A stretch of 64,000 nucleotides of DNA, from the IMG/VR virus record IMGVR_UViG_3300030109_005647, positions 32,001 to 96,000 of that record; one strand, given 5' to 3'. Positions 9,959 through 19,799 of the stretch are shown here, piece by piece. The DNA is from a virus. A program made the position numbers and the translations under genes. Numbering within the stretch: the stretch's first letter is position 1; each line of letters opens with the position of its first letter. The notes under the pieces were generated by a model. It did not search any database. It worked only from the letters and a program-made list of their open reading frames with translations, and was not told the origin of the DNA.

Positions 9959-10519
9959 TTACTCTGGTGTGCTAACTCCAGCATTAACTCCTGGGGTTCC
10001 TAGAGACTTGAGTGTTGCATAATCATAATCAATGGTCAAAGTGTATTCTACTAGTGCGTCATCATCATAACCAACGTTCCCGAAGTCTACTTGTGTCAAG
10101 AAAGGATTCCAAAGTTTCCATTCTTCAATATCTCTGCCTTCAGCATCAATCTGTCTTAAGAAAATGGTACCCATAGCTTGATTTGCTCCAGCTTTTGAAA
10201 TTGATTGAAGCGCATTACGCTCATCATCAGGCTTAGTGTAACCAGAGTTATTTAAGATATTCATTAAAATGGCAGCAGAATCTGGAAGAACAGGGTCTAA
10301 AATGGTAACACTAATTGGTTGCCAAGTGATACGACCAGGATACTTGAATGTATGCTGAATAAATTTTACAGCACCAGTGCCATCCATTTGAAAATTAGGC
10401 TTTGTCGATGTGCGAACAAAGAAGCTCGCAATTCTATTTGCCTCACCAGCCGGTGTTATATCCATTAAAAATCTAAATCTACGTTTAGGTTCAACTCTGT
10501 TATCTGTCCAAAATGCCAT
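9959..10519 (-). CDS. gp19: tail tube protein (gp19-like)
   Basis: EPKRRFRF, KYPGRITWQPISVTILDP, EEWKLWNPFLTQVDFGNVGY; immediately after the sheath gene. Confidence 0.85.
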   Translation of the reverse strand: MAFWTDNRVEPKRRFRFLMDITPAGEANRIASFFVRTSTKPNFQMDGTGAVKFIQHTFKYPGRITWQPISVTILDPVLPDSAAILMNILNNSGYTKPDDERNALQSISKAGANQAMGTIFLRQIDAEGRDIEEWKLWNPFLTQVDFGNVGYDDDALVEYTLTIDYDYATLKSLGTPGVNAGVSTPE

Positions 10520-10542
10520 TTAATGTGTCTCCCTTATACTAA

Positions 10543-10550
10543 TAAGTAGT
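10543..10550 (-). promoter_or_regulatory. late-promoter-like motif ACTACTTA (tube)
   Basis: Intergenic copy upstream of the SD. Confidence 0.6.
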
Positions 10551-10562
10551 TTAAATATTTTT

Positions 10563-13505
10563 TTAATCCTCAAAAGAAGCACCAGAGTCAGTAATTACAA
10601 AATCGATTGCGATAAACTCAATTGACCTTGCTGGCTTCAAGAAGATTTGAGCGTACATGATATTTCTATCGATTAAGTCTGGAGTTGTCGTTGTCTCATC
10701 AAGGACCAACTTGTAATCCTCCAATCCAAGACCAGCCTTAACTGAAGCCAACAGTGGACCAACTCTACTGCGGAATCGATTCCAGGTTGATTGTACGTTC
10801 TGGTCGAATAACAGTGTTGCCGCAATTCTGGAGATTTCTCTCTTTAAGAAGATCAGCAAACGTCTTACGTTAATACGATCCAAAGCAGATGGTGTTATCT
10901 GGAGGGTCTTCTGACCGAAGATAACAATACCCTCTGCTGGGAATTGTGCGATTGGGTTAATATTCGCATCATACAGAGAATCTCTATCTTTTGAGATTAA
11001 ACGCTCGCGAACGCCAACAACCGGTATACCTGCCGCATTGTTAGCAGAAAGCCCGCCACGAGTAAATCCAGCCGGAGCAAACCAAAGTTCTTGGGTAGCT
11101 TGACCGTAGGATAGCGCACCGAGTGCTGCCACCGAAGGAGGTGCCCAAATTATTGACCCGTTAATGGTATCCTGAATTTGTACCCATGGGTAATACGTCG
11201 CACCAAAGCTGGAGTTGATTTGAAGGTTCTGTTTTTTCTGCTCGATTGTATCTGTAACAGATCCCAAGCGATTCTCAACAGAATCTGTATTTTCTGTCTC
11301 TGGGACATATCCACCTGCTAGGTCAACAAGCGCCAGTGCATCGCCTCTGTCTTCACACATGTCGATGAGACTTCTGTTGAGCGTGGCATTTGTAATACCA
11401 GGCTGTACAGCTAGATCAAATTCAACATTTTCTGGATCTCTACAAGTATCAATCGCCACTTTCAAAGAGTTGAAAGCGTAGCTATTTCTTTCATTTTTAT
11501 CAGAAAGTCCAGTATTTCTAAATGGCTCTGCCTCGGTTATATCTAGACCATCAAAGCCACCGTGTAAAACGGTCGTAAATCCTGTGCCACCTAGATCCAA
11601 AATCTCTTGGTATGTACCATCGCCACCAGTCGCCTCGCGAACGTAAACAAGACCCTCTCGATTTGTGTCGTTCTGTCTAGAGCCAGATTTATACACCAAA
11701 GTGCCAGAAAGCGCTGCAGTGCCATCAACCTGTGTTGTACACATATCATCCAAAGTAAAGATATACATGAATTCGGTTCTTGCGGCTCCAGTGGAACGAA
11801 CATCATCATTTGGAATATCTTTTGGCTTAGTTAGTGTGTAATCACCAATAGTATCAGATGGTCTTCCGTTAAGATTAAACGTCGTATCAACGCCGAAGAA
11901 TACCCTTCTAGGATTAGTTGGGCTTCCCTCTGATGCTGACACTCTTAAGCGTAGCTTGGGAAAATCAAACTTCATATCAAAGAATCCACTTCCGAAAATC
12001 AATCTCTCGTGGAACTGACCAGTTTCGCGCGTTTTGGCTGCAAAGTTACCACCACCAGTTACCATAGTGTTAGCATCGCTCGCTTTATTTTTCGCAGTAA
12101 ATGGTAGGAACTTAGGCGGTCCATAAACACCAAACGGTAATGACTCTTTGACAACTTTTCCTTCCGCAACAGAAGCATCTAGTATAACATAAATATAGTC
12201 AGAGAGGTTATTAAAATCACCATATTCTCTGTATCTTCTATCTTCGTCATCCCACTGTAAAAACTTGTTACCAATTTTTCTAGCAACAAAGTTTTCAGAT
12301 GCAGGGTTTAGGTTACAGTTATTAAACTGCTCTAAAATCTTTGGACGATTATCTGTATCATCCATCGCACGAACAAGTATGCTAAACGTTCCATAAGGGT
12401 TGGTCGTATCGGAAGATGCTCTAAGATCCGCAATAGAAACTTTTACATTTCTAGACGCCCAACGCCCAGTATTTCTAGCTCTAAGCTTGAAAAGCTTTTC
12501 CATGTTCTCTGCTTGATAAGAACCAGAGTTATCAGTTAAGTCTTGAGCGATGAAGAAACCAGTCTCTGGATCTGAAAAATCTCTTCTAAAATCACCACCA
12601 TGGGCAGTTCCACCAACAGAATAGAGCGGCAGCATAACGCCAACTTGATTACCGGTACCGGTAAACAGAGCATTAACCTCATCCTCAAATGTCTGACCTA
12701 GCCAGTATTTTCTGTAGGCTTTGTTGTCTACAGAAGTGATTTGTGTGTTTGTTAAAGTTGGATCTGTGTTAAAAACTTTACGAATAAAATTTTCAGATGA
12801 ATTTGTAAAGTTAAACTTAGTATCAACAACCACGTCATCCAAAGTGTCTTTAATTACAACTTTAAACTCTTTGTTCCCGGTGGCTCTAATAAACTTATTT
12901 GTCGCCGCTTCAGTGCTCGCACCTGCGAAGCCTGGTCCTAAGTTATTTGAACTACCAGAAAGAACAGTTCCAGAAAGAGCAACAGAACCAGTTGTTGCGT
13001 ACCATATGGCAGCTAGAGTACCAGTTGTTTCAGCAAGAGAAAAGCCTGAGCTAGCAGATTGAAAAACAAACAAGCCGTATGCACCACCATCTGTATCGGT
13101 GGATGTAAGTGAGGGCTCAACGGCTGCGCCGCCGGCTGTCTGTAATCTCCATCCTGCCTCACCGCTATTTGTGATAGCGTTAATCGACTCTTGCCCCACC
13201 AATCTAACAAATGTAATAGGTGAGTTGTTTCTTAGCCAAGCTTGTGCAGCATAGGCACCATAAGTTGGTCCAGTGTTGGCATCTTCTCTAGACACGTCAA
13301 ATGCGGTGTTTCCAGGTTCTGGCGCACCAAATACTTGAACAAACTCTTGAAATGAGTTTACTCTAGTTGGGATTAGACCGGGACCTTGTTTTGTTCTACC
13401 TATAACGACAGGTCCTACATCACCAGGGGCAGCGGCTAGCTGGGAGTTGTCAATTTCGTTGATAAATACTCCAGGTGAAATAAACTTAAAGTCTTTTGCT
13501 GGCAT
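10563..13505 (-). CDS. gp18: contractile tail sheath protein
   Basis: FISPGVFINEID N-terminus; WFAPAGFTRG, INPIAQFP, GQKTLQ, ALDRINVRRLL, KPARSIEFIAIDF. Confidence 0.95.
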   Translation of the reverse strand: MPAKDFKFISPGVFINEIDNSQLAAAPGDVGPVVIGRTKQGPGLIPTRVNSFQEFVQVFGAPEPGNTAFDVSREDANTGPTYGAYAAQAWLRNNSPITFVRLVGQESINAITNSGEAGWRLQTAGGAAVEPSLTSTDTDGGAYGLFVFQSASSGFSLAETTGTLAAIWYATTGSVALSGTVLSGSSNNLGPGFAGASTEAATNKFIRATGNKEFKVVIKDTLDDVVVDTKFNFTNSSENFIRKVFNTDPTLTNTQITSVDNKAYRKYWLGQTFEDEVNALFTGTGNQVGVMLPLYSVGGTAHGGDFRRDFSDPETGFFIAQDLTDNSGSYQAENMEKLFKLRARNTGRWASRNVKVSIADLRASSDTTNPYGTFSILVRAMDDTDNRPKILEQFNNCNLNPASENFVARKIGNKFLQWDDEDRRYREYGDFNNLSDYIYVILDASVAEGKVVKESLPFGVYGPPKFLPFTAKNKASDANTMVTGGGNFAAKTRETGQFHERLIFGSGFFDMKFDFPKLRLRVSASEGSPTNPRRVFFGVDTTFNLNGRPSDTIGDYTLTKPKDIPNDDVRSTGAARTEFMYIFTLDDMCTTQVDGTAALSGTLVYKSGSRQNDTNREGLVYVREATGGDGTYQEILDLGGTGFTTVLHGGFDGLDITEAEPFRNTGLSDKNERNSYAFNSLKVAIDTCRDPENVEFDLAVQPGITNATLNRSLIDMCEDRGDALALVDLAGGYVPETENTDSVENRLGSVTDTIEQKKQNLQINSSFGATYYPWVQIQDTINGSIIWAPPSVAALGALSYGQATQELWFAPAGFTRGGLSANNAAGIPVVGVRERLISKDRDSLYDANINPIAQFPAEGIVIFGQKTLQITPSALDRINVRRLLIFLKREISRIAATLLFDQNVQSTWNRFRSRVGPLLASVKAGLGLEDYKLVLDETTTTPDLIDRNIMYAQIFLKPARSIEFIAIDFVITDSGASFED

Positions 13506-13550
13506 GTTTGATTCTCCTTTTGCTGAAACTTAAGATAAATGTTTCTTTAT

Positions 13551-13558
13551 TAATTAGT
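13551..13558 (-). promoter_or_regulatory. late-promoter-like motif ACTAATTA (sheath)
   Basis: Intergenic copy upstream of the SD. Confidence 0.6.
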
Positions 13559-13588
13559 GAGTTAAGAGCGCAAAAACCGTTTTCTATG

Positions 13589-14491
13589 TCATTCTATATA
13601 CTTTGACTTTCCATCTCCATAATCAGGAATGTCTCCAAAAATAACTCGCTCTCGGGGTATTTTAACTTTTACAGCACTTTCTCTTTTTATTATTCTCTTT
13701 CTCTCGCCGTTTGGCTCTTCGCCTATAATGTAACCTAACACTTCAAATGATATCTTTGATAGATAGGTTCTCTCATCTACTCCTAGATTCGATACATTGT
13801 TTTGTAAACCTAAACCTTCTTGTAAAAATGTTTCATATCTATGTCCATTTTTTTCAATTACAAAATAGCTAATAGAAGAACCAAGAGTTATAAATGGAGA
13901 CATGAGATTGTTCATTTGCTGTACATATTCGGTTCTGATTGTTACTTCATAATTCATAGTCACATAAACTGGCAATGGTATGCTAAGTGTTTCATAAACA
14001 ACATTTTTGTTTTCTTCTTTAGGATAATAACTTTGTCTTCTCGGAGTTCTATTGACGCTACCTGCGAATCTTTTTCTATTGCTTGCCACTGTATAGTTGT
14101 TTGTCTTGTCTTTGACAATTTTTCTAGCTAACATTATTCTTCCAAACCTATTTGATTCCAATAAATCTCCACTTAGTCCATAATATTTGCCTTTTCTTGT
14201 TTTGCTTTTTGTCATACTAGTTCTTTCAATGCTGATAATTGGCAAATTTAAAGTCCCATCAGCATCTCTTAAATCTTGATTATTCTTGGACAAAAATGCT
14301 CGTTCGGCTGTAGCCCAAACAACTGGAACTTTTTTAGAACCTTCGTTATCTGTGGCTTTATTATTCATTTTGTCATTAACAAAATCAAAGAATGCAAAAT
14401 CTATATTTTCTAACGTAGAGGGTTCTATTTCTTCAATGCTTATGTTATCCTCTGCGTTCTCTACTCCTCTGTATTGATCGCTACTTGGCAT
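13589..14491 (-). CDS. tail sheath stabiliser / tail terminator (gp15-like)
   Basis: KVPVVWATAER, LPIISIER, P.PVYVTMNYEVTI; located between neck and sheath genes. Confidence 0.7.
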   Translation of the reverse strand: MPSSDQYRGVENAEDNISIEEIEPSTLENIDFAFFDFVNDKMNNKATDNEGSKKVPVVWATAERAFLSKNNQDLRDADGTLNLPIISIERTSMTKSKTRKGKYYGLSGDLLESNRFGRIMLARKIVKDKTNNYTVASNRKRFAGSVNRTPRRQSYYPKEENKNVVYETLSIPLPVYVTMNYEVTIRTEYVQQMNNLMSPFITLGSSISYFVIEKNGHRYETFLQEGLGLQNNVSNLGVDERTYLSKISFEVLGYIIGEEPNGERKRIIKRESAVKVKIPRERVIFGDIPDYGDGKSKYIE

Positions 14492-14969
14492 TAAATGTCC
14501 CCCTGCGTGCTTTAATACACTTTGCTTCTACTTCCATTTTATGATCTACTTGACCAAATATCTGTTTTGGTTCATTGAGTTGAACAATTTCATAAAACGT
14601 ATCACCATATTGTACGAAATCCCCCTCTCTTACAAACAAATCTTGATCCTCCGTTAGTCTTCTCTTGTGAAAATGAACCACAATAGAAGGTCTGCGATCT
14701 ATACCTAGATTGGTTGTTTGAGTTTCAAAACCCTCCCACATTACAAGAGCATAAACTCTTACTGGAGGTAAAAATGTCTTTTCCACAGCTTCGCCATACA
14801 TCGGATGAAAATTAGTGTGCTTGGTGCTAATAGGGTAATAAAATATACCCTGACCAATAACACGCTCAATAAGTTCATCATTGACTTGTTTTACAAAGTC
14901 GCGCTCCTTCTTCCCTAAGAATAGTGGCGGGGGTGGCGCATCCGGCTGGGACCATTCATTATCAGCCAT
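14481..14969 (-). CDS. neck / head-completion protein (gp14-like)
   Basis: ELIERVIGQGIFYY, HPMYGEA, REGDFVQYGDTFYEI; T4-like gp13-14-15 synteny. Confidence 0.7.
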   Translation of the reverse strand: MADNEWSQPDAPPPPLFLGKKERDFVKQVNDELIERVIGQGIFYYPISTKHTNFHPMYGEAVEKTFLPPVRVYALVMWEGFETQTTNLGIDRRPSIVVHFHKRRLTEDQDLFVREGDFVQYGDTFYEIVQLNEPKQIFGQVDHKMEVEAKCIKARRGTFNAK

Positions 14970-14972
14970 TTA

Positions 14973-16235
14973 TCATCCTACAAAAATCCGCATTGGGATC
15001 CTCTCCTGAACTTTATTTACTGCTTCTGACAACTCAGAATCACCTTGAGCTATTTTAGCATAAGTAAGTTCATCAAAAATTGTTTTTAACTCGTCTCTCA
15101 ATTTTTCTTGCTCTGATTGTCCTTGTGAAATTAGCGCAGCGCCATCTAAAGTAACACTATCGCCAGGAATTGGAATAGAGCTTATCTTTGAGCGAATATT
15201 TCCAAGTGTCTCTTTAGAGACTGCAAGCGCAAAGCGCCTTATCCATTGCTTACCAATAGAGTTAATAGATTGATAAGGTGTGTTTTCGAATGGCAACGTG
15301 TTAATATTGTTTATTCCATTTACTCCGTTGTCAGTTGTCCCGTCTTCTTTCCACGGCGTATCAGAGTCAATAAAAAACTCAACCCACATAGTTCTCGGAC
15401 TGACGTTCACAGAATTTGGAAAAATTCTTAGCTTATTGTCTTTAATTTCAAAACTGTAATGACTATTTCTCGTGTATATTGCATCTTCAAAAGCCATGGC
15501 TTGCGATTTATTTTGCCAAGTTGGAATCAACTGGAATGTGCTATCATCAGCATATTGACCATAACTAGCCAAATCTCCAACCGTATTTAAGCCTCCATAA
15601 TAACCGTAAAATCTCCACATCGCTTGTGGTGTCTTGTAATAAACCTTTGTCACGTTAATTCTTGCGTTGCCTATCAGATTGTAATATGGCGCTCCTGTGT
15701 CATTGATAGCAGATGATGAAACTATTGACTGTAGGTTATAATCCTGTTTCCCTGTTTGTGTTGTAAAAGAAGCAGAATATATGGGTGTAACCCCTCCAAG
15801 CCCTGCTTCTGTTGAGTAACCGTGACCAACTCTTCTAGTATATTCAAACTTAAACTTAGGGAATTTTAGAGCCACATCCTCAAGATCGGTTGTATCTTGT
15901 AATTGACCCTCTTCGTTAAAAGATCCGGTCTTTGCACCTAAAAGATCGCCAATTGAATTCTTAGCTTGATGGATGTTTAAAAGATAAGAGTACTCTAAAA
16001 CAGATTCTTGATAAGAGGAAAATATTTGCTCTTTTGTTAGTTCAATGTCTAAAACGTCACCGCCTAACTTATGAAAAGTATAAGCGACTTGATCTGCCGC
16101 ACCAGACAAAAAATACTGATCGGATGTATAGATCGAAAAAGGAAAAGTCGCATCAGCGGCATCGCTTGGGCTACTACCAGTGGGCAGTATGACCTTGCTC
16201 ATTTGTGAAGCTGGTGTTAGTGTGGGTTCAGACAT
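14973..16235 (-). CDS. neck protein (gp13-like)
   Basis: KLGGDVLDIELT and WIRRFALAVSKETLGNIRSK...IPGDSVTLDG...E.EKL motifs. Confidence 0.8.
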   Translation of the reverse strand: MSEPTLTPASQMSKVILPTGSSPSDAADATFPFSIYTSDQYFLSGAADQVAYTFHKLGGDVLDIELTKEQIFSSYQESVLEYSYLLNIHQAKNSIGDLLGAKTGSFNEEGQLQDTTDLEDVALKFPKFKFEYTRRVGHGYSTEAGLGGVTPIYSASFTTQTGKQDYNLQSIVSSSAINDTGAPYYNLIGNARINVTKVYYKTPQAMWRFYGYYGGLNTVGDLASYGQYADDSTFQLIPTWQNKSQAMAFEDAIYTRNSHYSFEIKDNKLRIFPNSVNVSPRTMWVEFFIDSDTPWKEDGTTDNGVNGINNINTLPFENTPYQSINSIGKQWIRRFALAVSKETLGNIRSKISSIPIPGDSVTLDGAALISQGQSEQEKLRDELKTIFDELTYAKIAQGDSELSEAVNKVQERIPMRIFVG

Positions 16236-16253
16236 TTATAGATCTCCTCCCTA

Positions 16254-16261
16254 TAAATAGT
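16254..16261 (-). promoter_or_regulatory. late-promoter-like motif ACTATTTA (neck)
   Basis: Intergenic copy upstream of the SD. Confidence 0.6.
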
Positions 16262-16271
16262 AAGAGAAGGT

Positions 16272-16556
16272 CTAAATAGCTTTGTCTGTTGTTGGTTTAG
16301 TTGTTCTTGCCCTAGTGGTTGTAGTTCTTCTTCTTCGCTTTGGTGTGGCTACCCGCTCTGGAGGCGCACTAGGCTCTTCAATTGCAGGTATTTGTGTAGG
16401 TTGAGCTTTTTCAGCGATAGGTTCTGGCACCTGCTCGGGTTTGGGAAGTGGCGCTGGTGTGGGCGAAGTCACGGCTTTTGATTTTGATTTTTTTTCAGCC
16501 GCTGTTTTTGCCGCGGCGGCTTTAAGAGCATAATATTTCTTTTTTCTTGGATTCAT
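16272..16556 (-). CDS. small basic Pro/Thr-rich protein
   Basis: 94 aa; own late motif and AAGGAGGAG SD; low complexity with Lys/Arg-rich ends. Confidence 0.7.
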   Translation of the reverse strand: MNPRKKKYYALKAAAAKTAAEKKSKSKAVTSPTPAPLPKPEQVPEPIAEKAQPTQIPAIEEPSAPPERVATPKRRRRTTTTRARTTKPTTDKAI

Positions 16557-16575
16557 CTAAACTCCTCCTTTCTTA

Positions 16576-16583
16576 TAAGTAGT
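16576..16583 (-). promoter_or_regulatory. late-promoter-like motif ACTACTTA
   Basis: Lies just downstream of the MCP terminator. Confidence 0.6.
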
Positions 16584-16593
16584 TGTTTAGATA

Positions 16594-16628
16594 ATAAAAA
16601 ACCCCGCACCTCACAAGAAGCACGGGGT
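16594..16628 (-). terminator. intrinsic terminator after the major capsid gene
   Basis: Minus strand ACCCCGTGCTTC-TTGT-GAGGTGCGGGGT followed by TTTTT. Confidence 0.85.
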
Positions 16629-16653
16629 CGATTTATCTAGACTAAGCTAAGAT

Positions 16654-18501
16654 TTAGCTGGCTGCGCCTGACTCTCCTAAGAGTCCACGACAGATAACTA
16701 GACCGTACATATCCGGACGAACCATCTTCTTCGCGTAGCGAGTCATAACACCCTTACGTGGTACAAAGTCTTCCACACCGAAGATGGTAGGAGTGACCTG
16801 TAGTGGCACGTATGGAGCGTATACATAGCCGCTCTCTAGGAAGGAACCACCCTTACGCCCAACAAGAAGTAGGTTACGTGGGAAGTAAGGATCGACGTAT
16901 ACGTCATAGCGCTTGCTTAATGTACCAACTTGTTGCGCACCGGCTGCACCAGTAGCATCATCATGGGTTACATTAGCACGGAAGCCGGCGGTAAACTCAA
17001 GGATTGCTGACACCTCTGGAGATGTAACAATGAAGTTTGCGCCGCCGCGTAGAGTCTTACGGTGAATCTGAGCGGAGATATCATTAATAGTCTCGCCAAG
17101 AGTCTCGTACCACTCTGAAACGGTACCGGTAAAGTCTGGAGCAGCAACGCCTGCACCAACCTCGGCACCAGTTACGCGGTCCACGAATAGACCTGGGCTG
17201 CGTGACCAGTAGTACTTACCAGCAGTTGCACCCTTAACAAGATCCTCAAGGATCTCACGGTCGATCTCAAGAGCAATCTGCTCGGAGAGAATCGAAGTAA
17301 GTTCGACCTCTGCATCAAGGTTGTGGTAAGCGTTTAGGTCTTGACCTAACTCTGGAGTCCACTTAGCCTTGAGCTTCTTGGTAACTGCAGTCACTGACAC
17401 GGAATCAACCTTAAGGTTAATCTCTGGGATGTCAACGCTATTCTCAAGCCCGAATGCATCGGCTCCTACGACAGAGCCAAGAGCTTGCGATGTTGTAAAG
17501 TTATCAACAATCGGGAACGTAAGACCAGCAGCAAGAATGTCTGCGGATAGCTCTACTGGGGTTGCTGTATCCGAAGCGACAACAACTAGCAAGTCAGCCG
17601 TACCACGAGCAGGTGAATTTCCTGAGCGCTTATCAGCAACAGACTGGCTGAACTGAGTTAGACGACGCAAGTGGTTTGCGGTGCCGTTGTCAAGATCGCC
17701 ACCAGTAAGAGTAACAGCTACTAAGTCATCAAAGTTGAACTCAGTACCATTAGTACCAGTAAGAGCAGATCTGGCGATAGATGCAATTGCAACATTTGTT
17801 GTACCCGAGACAATTGATGGATCGTAACGAAGGATAGAGCTAATGTGATCAGACACAGCCTGAGTAACACCGCCGGTACCTCCGTTAAAGCTATCTCCAA
17901 CATCAGCAGTGTTAGCTGGGGAACCAAACGTACCAGAGAAAAGAACTGCGATATCGCCATCAAAAAAGCAAATCTCACCATTGGCGTAAGAAGCTGTTGG
18001 TGAGGAGTAACCATTGGTTAGGTTATAAAGCTGACCGCCTCCTGTGCCGTTCTCGCCATTTAAGGTGGCACCACCTGTCAACTGCGAACCAACAACGCCG
18101 CCGCCGTAGAGTGAATCATTGGCGCCGAAACCTAAACGTGACGTGTCAGTGGGGTTAGTTCCACCGAAAGTAAAGTCTAGGAAGAAGATAAGACCAGATG
18201 GAAGCGACATTGGCTGAACGCTAACAAGGTCATTTGCAATAAGACCACCGAATACACGACGGACAATTGGGAAAGCAACAGCAGCGAAACCTTCTACGTC
18301 GCCGCCTGCCATCGATGAAGCCGCCTCTTTAAGAAGCTGCTTTGCTTGGTTTTCGAGAAGACGCGCCATATTGTTTTTCTGCGCATCTGTCTGAAGACCT
18401 TCTAGAAGTCCGGTCTGCTCCCACTTATTGAGGAGTGCCGCACCTTCCTTACGCATGTCGCGTGATACGACACCTTCTGTAAGTTTTTGTAAAATAGACA
18501 T
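16654..18501 (-). CDS. gp23: major capsid protein (T4 gp23-like) with large insertion domain
   Basis: LVSVQPMSLPSGLIFFLDF, KLKAKWTPELGQDLNAYHNLDAEVEL, GYVYAPYVPLQ, PRKGVMTRYA. Confidence 0.95.
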   Translation of the reverse strand: MSILQKLTEGVVSRDMRKEGAALLNKWEQTGLLEGLQTDAQKNNMARLLENQAKQLLKEAASSMAGGDVEGFAAVAFPIVRRVFGGLIANDLVSVQPMSLPSGLIFFLDFTFGGTNPTDTSRLGFGANDSLYGGGVVGSQLTGGATLNGENGTGGGQLYNLTNGYSSPTASYANGEICFFDGDIAVLFSGTFGSPANTADVGDSFNGGTGGVTQAVSDHISSILRYDPSIVSGTTNVAIASIARSALTGTNGTEFNFDDLVAVTLTGGDLDNGTANHLRRLTQFSQSVADKRSGNSPARGTADLLVVVASDTATPVELSADILAAGLTFPIVDNFTTSQALGSVVGADAFGLENSVDIPEINLKVDSVSVTAVTKKLKAKWTPELGQDLNAYHNLDAEVELTSILSEQIALEIDREILEDLVKGATAGKYYWSRSPGLFVDRVTGAEVGAGVAAPDFTGTVSEWYETLGETINDISAQIHRKTLRGGANFIVTSPEVSAILEFTAGFRANVTHDDATGAAGAQQVGTLSKRYDVYVDPYFPRNLLLVGRKGGSFLESGYVYAPYVPLQVTPTIFGVEDFVPRKGVMTRYAKKMVRPDMYGLVICRGLLGESGAAS

Positions 18502-18524
18502 TTTTTTAATCTCCTTTGTTTATT

Positions 18525-19748
18525 CTATTTCAATCCTGCCAAACGTTTCATCCTATCGGAGAATACGTCTGTATTGGGTTTTACCTCTTTTCGAGGAATA
18601 AACGCTGAAGAGCTACGTGTTACAACTTCGTTCAGTGATTCTTGCTTTCGGGTCTTTTTAGACTTTAAGCCCACTGCACTTTGAAGAGTTTCAAAAATTA
18701 TTTTTGCTTCTTCAACTGTAGTTGCATTTGAGATAGCTTCGACAATTTTATCTTTTTGTCGCTCATTCAAGGAGATGCTATTTAAAATGCGATTCTGATA
18801 TAACAACTTAGCATTAGTTAAGTTGCTCTCATCCAACTTTTCTTTAAGTTGGTTAATGACTGTGCCATACTTTTCTACTTTGTTTTCTAACAACTGGACT
18901 TTGTTGTTTGTTTTCTTTTGCTCTCTTAGGAGAGATTTGTTTTCTTTTTGGAGTAGTCTGGATTCTTTTTTAAGACCACGATCAGCAGCGGTGATGTCTG
19001 TGTTTTTATCACGACCAGCCTTTACGCTACGCATCCCATATTCTTTGTCTTCTTCAGTTTCCGGCTTTTTACCCTCTGCTTCCTCAAGTTCTTTTTTCTT
19101 CTCGTCCTTTTTTTCTTCTTTCTTTTTTGGTTTTTTTCTTGAGAAATAATCATCGCGCCCTGCGCTAGCAGCATCCATTGCGCTTCGGTAGTCGGGGTGG
19201 TCGCTCGTCATTCCCTCATCAAGATCAGGACCAAGCTCGGGCTCTTCCTCGGAAAGAAGTTCAGCGATAAGGTCGGCTAAGTTGGCTTCATCGATTTCGA
19301 TTTCTTCGTCAAGATCTTCTTCTTCTAGAAGGTCGTTGATATCCTCATCAAGCTCAATCTCTTCATCGAGATCTTCTTCCTCGGTAAGTGCCTCAATTTC
19401 TTCAGCAACCTCTTCACGCTCAAGCATGTCGGCTGGGTCTAACGTGCCCTCTTCCATTTCTTCTGCCATCATCTCTTCGAGTTTGTCAAGATTAATTTCC
19501 ACAATGTCATCATCCTCTGCTAGTTGCGCGGACGGAAGATCCTGTACCAAAGAAACATCACCGTCACCGGTCACTTCTAAAGCAACATCTTCATCTTCTT
19601 CTAAAGTGTCTTCCTGCTCTAAAATAGCATTAACAGCCTCTTTAATCTCAGTCTGATATTTTTCAACAACAGCTTCTTCGGCGGTTCTTTGAGCAGTTTC
19701 TTTTAGCTGCTCGGCATCAATAATAGCTTGTTCTAACATTGAGGACAT
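18525..19748 (-). CDS. prohead core scaffold protein (gp22-like)
   Basis: Very acidic middle and coiled coil; NL.NAKLLYQN and RMKRLAGL C-terminus; directly upstream of the MCP. Confidence 0.8.
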   Translation of the reverse strand: MSSMLEQAIIDAEQLKETAQRTAEEAVVEKYQTEIKEAVNAILEQEDTLEEDEDVALEVTGDGDVSLVQDLPSAQLAEDDDIVEINLDKLEEMMAEEMEEGTLDPADMLEREEVAEEIEALTEEEDLDEEIELDEDINDLLEEEDLDEEIEIDEANLADLIAELLSEEEPELGPDLDEGMTSDHPDYRSAMDAASAGRDDYFSRKKPKKKEEKKDEKKKELEEAEGKKPETEEDKEYGMRSVKAGRDKNTDITAADRGLKKESRLLQKENKSLLREQKKTNNKVQLLENKVEKYGTVINQLKEKLDESNLTNAKLLYQNRILNSISLNERQKDKIVEAISNATTVEEAKIIFETLQSAVGLKSKKTRKQESLNEVVTRSSSAFIPRKEVKPNTDVFSDRMKRLAGLK

Positions 19749-19773
19749 ACAAATCTCCTTTTATAACTAACAT

Positions 19774-19781
19774 TAATTAGT
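19774..19781 (-). promoter_or_regulatory. late-promoter-like motif ACTAATTA (scaffold-MCP)
   Basis: Intergenic copy upstream of the SD. Confidence 0.6.
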
Positions 19782-19799
19782 TATGAAAATACTAAAAAC

